NCBI GenBank assembly: GCA_041652815.1
Contig: JBAZGN010000005.1
Location: forward strand, 99,651-163,650
Direction of reading: 5' to 3'
DNA from: Candidatus Omnitrophota bacterium
GTDB lineage: Bacteria; Omnitrophota; Gorgyraeia; Duberdicusellales; 4484-171
DNA: 64,000 nucleotides
Part shown: piece after piece, positions 57,540 to 64,000 of the stretch
Numbering within the stretch: position 1 is the stretch's first letter
Layout of the letters: every line of letters starts with the position of its first letter
Translations under genes and position numbers: made by a program
The notes under the pieces: model-generated
Told to the model about the DNA's origin: nothing
The model's input: the letters and a program-made list of their open reading frames with translations, nothing else
The model's database searches: none

Positions 57540-59294
57540 ATGAAAAACCAAGAAGTATCCCGTATTTTCAGGGATATTGCTAAAATACTGGAATTAAAGG
57601 GAGAAAATATTTTTAGAATCCGTGCCTATGAGCGCGCAGCCCAGGCAGTAGATAATTTACAGGAAAACCTTGAAGGGGTAATTAAAAAAGAAGAACTTAC
57701 TTCAATACCCGGTATCGGCGCAGATTTATCCGTAAAAATTAAAGAAATTGCCGCAACTGGCCGTCTTAAGTATTATGAAGAGCTTAAGAAAAAAACTCCG
57801 CAGGGCCTTATCGCAATGATGGAAATACCCGGGCTTGGCCCAAAAACAGTTAAAAAGCTATATGAGCAATTAAAGATAAACACGGTAGAAAAATTAGAAA
57901 AGGCTGCCAAGAGCGGCAAACTGTTAAAACTCGAAGGTATAAGGGAAAAAACCGAAGATAATATTTTAAGGGGCATTAACCTTGTAAGGAAAGGCGGGGA
58001 AAGGCAGACGCTTAATTCTGGCTTGCTACTTTCGAAAAGTTTTGTTGATAAGTTAAAAAGCCTTAAAGCCATAGATGATATCGAGGTGGCAGGTTCGGTA
58101 AGAAGGAAAAAAGATACCATAAAAGATATAGACATCCTTGTTACTTCAAAAAAACCCAAGGAAGTAATGGATAAATTTATACATCTTGATTTGGTCAAAG
58201 AAGTTTTGGCGCACGGAGAAACAAAATCTTCGGTAATCGCGAAGGAAAATAATATGCAGGTAGACTTGCGTGTCCTTAAACACGAAAGTTTCGGCTCGGC
58301 GCTTTTATATTTTACCGGCTCCAAAGAATTTAATATCCGGCTTCGCCAGCTTGCTATAAAAATGGGATACAAAATAAACGAATACGGGGTATTTCCTGCC
58401 ACCTCAATGAAAAATACAGGCGGGCCCGCCTCTGGCGGACAGAAAGATAAAAAACTTGCCGGAAAAACCGAAGAAGAAATTTTTTCACTATTAAAAATGG
58501 CGTATATCCCTCCTGAGCTAAGAGAAGACAGGGGAGAAATCGACGCTGCGCTGGAAAACAAATTACCCAAGCTCATAGAATTGAACGATATTAAAGGGGA
58601 TTTCCATATCCATTCAAGATACAGCGATGGCTTAGCCTCGATTGCGGATATCGCGAAAAAACTGGAAGAGTTTGACTATGAATATGCTGCGATATGCGAC
58701 CACTCGCAGAGCTTAAAAATTGCCGGAGGGCTTTCAGAGAAAGAAGTTTATAAGAAACTTAAAGAACTTAAAAAAGTAAACCAAAAAAGTAAAATAAAAC
58801 TTTTTGCCGGGACAGAAGTTGATATAGCCTCGGACGGCACGCTTGATTATTCAAATAACTTGCTTAAAGAATTTGACGTGGTCGTTGCGGCGATACACTC
58901 TGGGTTCAAACAAACAAAAGCACAGCTTACAAAACGGATTGTTAATGCCTGCAAAAATAAATATACAAATATAATCGCTCATCCAACAGGCAAATTATGG
59001 GGCGCGCGGGAAGCCTATGATATTGATATTGATGAAATTTGCCGTGCGGCAGCCGATAACCAGGTAGCCCTTGAGATAAATTGCTATCCGCAAAGATTAG
59101 ACTTAAACGATATTAATGTGATGAGAGCTAAAAAACACGGTGTTAAGCTTACATTAGGCACAGACAGCCATCAGCTTAATCAATTGTGGTCTATGGAATT
59201 AGGGGTAGCTGTTGCCAGGCGCGGCTGGCTGGAGAAGGGCGATATTATAAATTGTCTTTCCTTAAATGGGGTAATTAAATGGTTAAAAAAATGA
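57540..59294 (+). CDS. polX: Family X DNA polymerase with a C-terminal PHP domain.
   Basis: Pol-beta-like N-terminus (IFRDIAKILELKGENIFRIRAYERAA, HhH GIG motifs), catalytic Asp region, PHP HxH...H motifs. Confidence 0.85.
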   Translation: MKNQEVSRIFRDIAKILELKGENIFRIRAYERAAQAVDNLQENLEGVIKKEELTSIPGIGADLSVKIKEIAATGRLKYYEELKKKTPQGLIAMMEIPGLGPKTVKKLYEQLKINTVEKLEKAAKSGKLLKLEGIREKTEDNILRGINLVRKGGERQTLNSGLLLSKSFVDKLKSLKAIDDIEVAGSVRRKKDTIKDIDILVTSKKPKEVMDKFIHLDLVKEVLAHGETKSSVIAKENNMQVDLRVLKHESFGSALLYFTGSKEFNIRLRQLAIKMGYKINEYGVFPATSMKNTGGPASGGQKDKKLAGKTEEEIFSLLKMAYIPPELREDRGEIDAALENKLPKLIELNDIKGDFHIHSRYSDGLASIADIAKKLEEFDYEYAAICDHSQSLKIAGGLSEKEVYKKLKELKKVNQKSKIKLFAGTEVDIASDGTLDYSNNLLKEFDVVVAAIHSGFKQTKAQLTKRIVNACKNKYTNIIAHPTGKLWGAREAYDIDIDEICRAAADNQVALEINCYPQRLDLNDINVMRAKKHGVKLTLGTDSHQLNQLWSMELGVAVARRGWLEKGDIINCLSLNGVIKWLKK

Positions 59295-60352
59295 GTCAAA
59301 TAACAGGTAAAAAAACATCTGCCATTCCTTCGACTCGGCCTTTAGCCTCGCTCAGGATTTCCTTCGGTCGCTGCAATCTGCTATCTGCTATCCATTTGGA
59401 CTTTTTGTTTCTATTTTTTGGCCTTGTATTTCTTACTTCTTGCGCAAAGCCCATGCATAAAGATAAATTCGTAATCGCAGGCACTTTCCTTGAGGTAATG
59501 TCAACAGATGCGCGGGCGTCACAAATAGTATATGAAGAGTTTAAGCGCTTGGATAAAATATTTAATTTCTATGATAAAAATTCCGAGATAAGCCGGCTTA
59601 ATAGTACTTATAATACGCCCGTTAAAGTTTCACCGGAACTATTGGAAGTTTTACGCTTGTCGCAGCAGCTAAACCAAATGACTAACGGGGCTTTTGATGT
59701 AAGTTACGGTAGCCTTTATGATTTCTGGAAAGAGCTTATTAAAAAGGGAAGTATCAAAGAATTGCCGTCAAAAGAGACGATAGATAGCATTATGAAAAAT
59801 TGCGGTATGGATAAGATAAAAATAGATGCGGCAGATTCGACAGTTACTCTTCAAAAAGAAGGCTTGAAAATTGATTTGGGTGCAATCGCCGAAGGCTACA
59901 TGGTAGATAAGGCGGTAATTGCATTAAAGAAGAAAGGAATATCCAGCGCTCTTATAAACGCCGGAGGAGATATTTATTGTTTGGGTACAAACCGTAAAAA
60001 TCCCTGGAGGGTCGGGATAAAAAACCCAAGCGAAATTGAAGGTATAATCGAAAATGAAGACCTTGTAGATGAAGCAATAACAACTTCAGGCAACTATGAG
60101 CAATTCTTCGATTTAGGCGGCAAGCGCTATTCTCATATAATTGACCCACGCACCGGATTTCCGGTAGCTACTCACGTAATAAGTGCGAGCGTTATAACTA
60201 AGAATTGCACAACAGCTGACGGGCTGGCTACAGCTTTTTTTGTAGGCGGAATTTCCGGAGTAAATGATTTTCTTTCTAAGTATCGATCAACGATGAGAAT
60301 ATTTTTAGTTACGCAGGAAGGTAAACAGAAAAGAGTGCATGTCTTTAGATAA
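59291..60352 (+). CDS. apbE: FAD:protein FMN transferase (ApbE family) lipoprotein.
   Basis: Lipobox LTSC; ApbE blocks (NGAFDVS, DLGAIAEGY, INAGGDIY, TSGNYE); overlaps the polX stop. Confidence 0.75.
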   Translation: MSQITGKKTSAIPSTRPLASLRISFGRCNLLSAIHLDFLFLFFGLVFLTSCAKPMHKDKFVIAGTFLEVMSTDARASQIVYEEFKRLDKIFNFYDKNSEISRLNSTYNTPVKVSPELLEVLRLSQQLNQMTNGAFDVSYGSLYDFWKELIKKGSIKELPSKETIDSIMKNCGMDKIKIDAADSTVTLQKEGLKIDLGAIAEGYMVDKAVIALKKKGISSALINAGGDIYCLGTNRKNPWRVGIKNPSEIEGIIENEDLVDEAITTSGNYEQFFDLGGKRYSHIIDPRTGFPVATHVISASVITKNCTTADGLATAFFVGGISGVNDFLSKYRSTMRIFLVTQEGKQKRVHVFR

Positions 60353-60399
60353 CAGAAACCAGAGTACAGAAACCAGAAGGCAAATAACAAGGAAGAGAG

Positions 60400-61266
60400 A
60401 TGGGTAAAATAACCATAGAACAAATTAAGGCAAAGAAGGGCAAAGGGAAAATTACAATGCTTACCTGCTACGATTATTCTTTTGCCAAAGCGCTTGATGC
60501 AACTGATTTGGATATAGTTTTGATTGGGGATTCTCTGGCGAATGTTGTGCTTGGCCTTGAAGATGTAAAGAAAGTAAGTATTAATGAAATGCTTAACCAT
60601 ACAAAGGCTGTTACCGGTGCTATAACCAGAAGTTTGGTTGTAGCTGACATGCCCTATGCCAGCTATCAGAAGAATCCGAAAAAATGCCTTTATTATGCAG
60701 AAAAATTTATCAAAGCCGGAGCTGACGCAGTTAAGATAGAATGGTTTGAGTCTTGTCCGGAGGTAATTTCAAAGCTCGTCAAAAATAAAATACCGGTAAT
60801 GGGCCATATCGGCCTCACCCCTCAGACTGCGCATCTTTTGGGTGGATTTAAGGTGCAGGGCAAAGATAAAGAATCAGCAAAAATAATTATGCGCCAGGCA
60901 GAAACTCTTTGTTCGCTTGGTGTATTTGCAATAGTTTTAGAATGTGTTCCTTATCAACTTTCACGTTACATTACGCAAGCAATAGATGTTCCAACCATAG
61001 GTATCGGCGCCGGAAAATTTTGTAACGGCCAGGTCCTCGTGCTTTATGATGTTATCGGCCTTTACAAGAGAATCATACCCAAATTCGTAAGGGCATATGC
61101 TGATTTTTCATTGCAAACTGAAAAAATAGCCGAAAGATTTATTAAAGATGTCAAATCCGGTAAATTTCCGGCGCCAAAAGAAACTTTTTCTATCAAGAGT
61201 AACGAATGGAAAAAAATGTTTGTTGAATTAAAGCAGGCAGGATGTAAAGCTAATAATAAGCTATGA
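60400..61266 (+). CDS. panB: 3-methyl-2-oxobutanoate hydroxymethyltransferase.
   Basis: ITMLTCYDYSFA, VLIGDSLA, ADAVKIE, GHIGLTPQ motifs. Confidence 0.9.
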   Translation: MGKITIEQIKAKKGKGKITMLTCYDYSFAKALDATDLDIVLIGDSLANVVLGLEDVKKVSINEMLNHTKAVTGAITRSLVVADMPYASYQKNPKKCLYYAEKFIKAGADAVKIEWFESCPEVISKLVKNKIPVMGHIGLTPQTAHLLGGFKVQGKDKESAKIIMRQAETLCSLGVFAIVLECVPYQLSRYITQAIDVPTIGIGAGKFCNGQVLVLYDVIGLYKRIIPKFVRAYADFSLQTEKIAERFIKDVKSGKFPAPKETFSIKSNEWKKMFVELKQAGCKANNKL

Positions 61267-61477
61267 TTCATTTAGCTTTTTTAATGCTAAACCTCGATTG
61301 ACCCATTCGACGGCGCCCAAGTTTCGGATTTTGAGCCGGGCTAAAAGGCGCTGCTCAGGGTCAACCCTGAGCAAACGGAGCGTGCCGAAGGGTTGACTTA
61401 TTCTTTTTGATTGATAAAATATAACGTAAGCACTAGAAGCGGAAAACCGTTTCTGTAAATTTAAAGGAGGTGTCAAG

Positions 61478-62137
61478 ATGAGAAGAATTTCGGTTATGGT
61501 GTTACTTTTGTGTTTAGTCCTTTCTTTTTCAGCGTATGCCGAAGATAAATATGTTCAATCTTCCGTAGAAAAGGCAAAGCAGGGTTTTACAAACCTGATT
61601 ACAGGTTGGTTAGAAGTGCCTTATCAGATAGTTAAAGGCTATAAGGGCGGCTTTGGCAAGGAAAAAAAGAATAAAATTCTCGGCGGCACGTTCGGTATTT
61701 TTAGAGGAGTAATTCATGGTGTTGGACGCACTGCAGATGGCGCATATGAATTAGTAACATTTGCCCTGCCTAATCCTAAAGATAACGCAGGCGTGGGCAT
61801 ACCTTTAGATAGCAGAAATGTGTGGGAAGATGGTACGCAATATTCACTTGTGAATAACGGATTCTCTCCTGTAGGTAAAAAAGCAAAGAGAGGCATAATC
61901 AATGCCGCTCTTGGAATATTTGATTTGCCCGCTCAGATTGGTAAAGGTTTTAGCCAGGACAAACCGATTAAGGGTTTAGCTAAGGCAATAGTTTATCCTC
62001 TGGGAAGAATTTCTTCCGGTGTTTATGATGTTGTAACATTCTTCCTTCCTAATAATGTTGAAGGCTATGGTTATCCTTTATCCGAAAAATATCCTTGGGA
62101 TGGTTTTGATAAAAAGACCTGGGATAGCGGTTTGTAA
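61478..62137 (+). CDS. Secreted two-repeat protein resembling the exosortase-system-associated family (TIGR04073-like).
   Basis: Signal peptide; two internal repeats each with G..N..TGW.E.P / G....LP..I motif and ...YE.VTF.LPN; AGGAGG RBS. Confidence 0.4.
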   Translation: MRRISVMVLLLCLVLSFSAYAEDKYVQSSVEKAKQGFTNLITGWLEVPYQIVKGYKGGFGKEKKNKILGGTFGIFRGVIHGVGRTADGAYELVTFALPNPKDNAGVGIPLDSRNVWEDGTQYSLVNNGFSPVGKKAKRGIINAALGIFDLPAQIGKGFSQDKPIKGLAKAIVYPLGRISSGVYDVVTFFLPNNVEGYGYPLSEKYPWDGFDKKTWDSGL

Positions 62138-62151
62138 TTGAAAACATTAAT

Positions 62152-62204
62152 CACGAATTACCACGAATAAAACCGTTTCCCATTCGTGGTAATTCGTGAA
62201 TTCG
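62152..62204. repeat. Family D palindrome (CACGAAT / ATTCGTG units).
   Basis: TCACGAATTACCACGAAT - centre - ATTCGTGGTAATTCGTGAATTCG. A fragment ATTCGTGGCAATTCGTC is also at 46441-46457. Confidence 0.6.
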
Positions 62205-62388
62205 ATTGACGCAATAGGCTCGTTCTGGTATTATATTTAAGTAACATTTTCTTAGGCCGGGTGAGCAGTTTCTGTTGTTCACCTCAACTTTTCCGCAAGG
62301 CAAGAGAATTAATCCGTTACATATAAAATAATAAAATATGGCGATTTGCAGATTTTCGTAATGCAATTGCCTTTTTTAGCGTGCATTT

Positions 62389-63678
62389 ATGATTGAAAGA
62401 TATACTCCAAAAGAAATAGGAAAAATCTGGAGCGACGAGGAGAAATTCAAAAGATTTCTTGAAATAGAGGCTCTTCTAGTTGAAGCTCTCGAAGGCTCTA
62501 AAAAGATTCCCCGCGGAAACGCAGCCAAGGTGAGAAAAGCCAGGATTTCCGTGCGAAGCATAAAAAAAATAGAAGAAAAAACCCACCACGATATCATTGC
62601 ATTTATAAAAAGCATATCTCCCCAGATAGGCAAGTCGGCAAAATACCTTCATGCAGGGATGACTTCTTCTGACCTGCTCGATACGACATTGGCCTGGCAG
62701 ATAAAAGATGCAACAGCTATTATTCTAAAAGACCTCGACTCGCTTATCAAGGCAGTTGCGGGAAAAGCTCAAAAGTATAAAGAATTTTTGTGTGTAGCAA
62801 GAACGCATGGTGTGCACGCGGAAATTTATTCCTTCGGCCTTAAATTTTTATATCTTTATGATGACCTTAAAAGAGAGTATGGCTTGCTTAAGGAAAGCCT
62901 GGAATATGTAGCCAGCGGAAAAATTTCCGGTGCGGTAGGCACTTTTGCGCACTTTAGCCCGAAAATAGAGGAATATATCTGTAAAAAAATAGGGATAAAC
63001 TACGCAAAAATTTCAACACAGATAGTTTCCAGAGAAAGGTTTGCATATTACCTCTCGTTACTTTCTCTCGTTGGCTCAACACTCGAAAGATTTGCTACCG
63101 AAATACGGCATTTGCATCGCACTGAGGTAGCTGAAGCAAAAGAGCCGTTCTATAAAGGGCAGAAAGGCTCAAGCGCTATGCCTCACAAGCAAAACCCTAT
63201 TATTTGTGAGCGTCTTTGCGGCCTTGCGCGGCTGCTTCGCGGAAATATGCTGGTTGCTTACGAAAACATTAATCTATGGCACGAAAGAGATATCTCTCAT
63301 TCGTCGGTTGAACGGATAATTATTCCTGATTCAACTATAATTGCTGATTATATGATAAAAAAGAGCGAAGAGGTCGTAAAGGGATTACGGGTAAACCGGG
63401 AAAATATGCTAAATAATATCGAGCTTAACCGGGGACTGATTTATTCCCAAAAAATATTGCTTAAACTTATGGAGAAAGGGCTTGCCAGGATGCTCGCCTA
63501 TGACATCGTGCAGAATGTATCTTTGGATGTCATAAACAATAATTCCAATTTCAAAGAAGAGGTTGCTAAAGATAAAAAAATAAATCAATACCTTACAAAA
63601 AAAGAAATAGAAGAAATATTCAATCCCTATACTTATCTTGATAACATAGATAAAATTTATAAGCGCGCAGGGTTGTAA
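62389..63678 (+). CDS. purB: Adenylosuccinate lyase.
   Basis: MIERYTPKEIGKIWSDE N-terminus; fumarate-lyase signature GSSAMPHKQNP. Confidence 0.9.
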   Translation: MIERYTPKEIGKIWSDEEKFKRFLEIEALLVEALEGSKKIPRGNAAKVRKARISVRSIKKIEEKTHHDIIAFIKSISPQIGKSAKYLHAGMTSSDLLDTTLAWQIKDATAIILKDLDSLIKAVAGKAQKYKEFLCVARTHGVHAEIYSFGLKFLYLYDDLKREYGLLKESLEYVASGKISGAVGTFAHFSPKIEEYICKKIGINYAKISTQIVSRERFAYYLSLLSLVGSTLERFATEIRHLHRTEVAEAKEPFYKGQKGSSAMPHKQNPIICERLCGLARLLRGNMLVAYENINLWHERDISHSSVERIIIPDSTIIADYMIKKSEEVVKGLRVNRENMLNNIELNRGLIYSQKILLKLMEKGLARMLAYDIVQNVSLDVINNNSNFKEEVAKDKKINQYLTKKEIEEIFNPYTYLDNIDKIYKRAGL

Positions 63679-63739
63679 GTTAGTTGACTTCAATCTTTTT
63701 TGCCGCTAAAATCAATTGCCTAACTGCCACCACCCTTAA

Positions 63740-64000
63740 ATGATTTGGCGAATAGATGTTTTCCCAAAACAAGAAGTTTCTTCAAAAGACCTGGCCGCTC
63801 AGATTAAAGATTTGGGTATACAGAAGGCTCTCAAAGTATTTTGCAAGAAGGTATATTTCATTGAGGGAAAGTTTTCAAAAAGCGACATAGAGGCAGTTGT
63901 GAGCTCTTTATTGGTAGACCCGGTTACGGAAAAATATCTTATTGGTGAAGGGCTTTTTAAAGAAAAGCCTGATTTAAACGAAATAATAATTACCTATAAC
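63740..64000 (+). CDS. purS: PurS-like protein (FGAM synthase PurS subunit or N-terminal PurS domain). The 3' end runs off the window.
   Basis: Hand translation gives MIWRIDVFPKQEVSSKDLAAQIKDLG...LLVDPVTEKYLIGEGLF, resembling PurS (..LL.N.VIE.Y). It is not in the ORF track because it is open at the window edge. Confidence 0.4.
   Translation, partial: MIWRIDVFPKQEVSSKDLAAQIKDLGIQKALKVFCKKVYFIEGKFSKSDIEAVVSSLLVDPVTEKYLIGEGLFKEKPDLNEIIITYN

Overview
This window looks like a low-GC (~38-40%) chromosome segment from a diderm (Gram-negative) bacterium, probably an uncultivated lineage with streamlined housekeeping genes. Support for diderm: an outer-membrane beta-barrel ending in Phe, an OmpA-like lipoprotein, and the uppS-cdsA-dxr-rseP cluster. 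Every confidently called gene and tRNA is on the + strand. Most of the window is conserved core. There are isoprenoid, lipid and envelope genes (uppS, cdsA, dxr, rseP, ispG) and a translation/transcription block (proS, rimP, nusA, infB, trpS). There are tRNA-modification and nucleic-acid genes (tgt, trmD, rplS, rnhB, yraN, tadA, ruvB, scpA, queF). Also present are folD plus a cyclodeaminase, an IMPDH-like protein and guaA, dnaE, hisS, aspS, the phoH-yqfF-ybeY-recO run, polX, apbE, panB, purB and purS. A signalling patch carries a degenerate GGDEF/HD-GYP protein, a PAS histidine kinase, a stand-alone REC, two tRNA-Ser genes and one tRNA-Arg. Three things are not explained by the gene list. First, intergenic space is packed with at least eight families of 50-150 bp palindromic repeat elements. 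Each family has arms built from tandem 6-9 nt units (GGTTACGAA, CCGCGGAT, CACAGAT, CACGAAT, AATTTC, CCAATAACC, CAGCTNTCAGC, and a GGGGTTAA...CCGCCTRCGGCGG...AAGGAGG module that carries the RBS). Several copies supply stop codons or C-terminal residues to the upstream gene. Second, a ~200 nt structured element is duplicated directly after two different tRNA-Ser genes. Third, a 4.6 kb accessory segment (44.8-49.5 kb) sits between dnaE and hup/hisS and is partitioned by GGTTACGAA nonamer arrays. It carries its own sigma70-like promoters, a two-gene module with a Pol-beta-type nucleotidyltransferase (AbiEii-like GGTAL..DIDL motif) and an uncharacterised partner, small exported and membrane proteins, and a Fic (HPFxDGNGR) protein. 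This segment is the best candidate for an undescribed toxin/defence-type system. All calls rest on motifs read by eye; no database searches were run.
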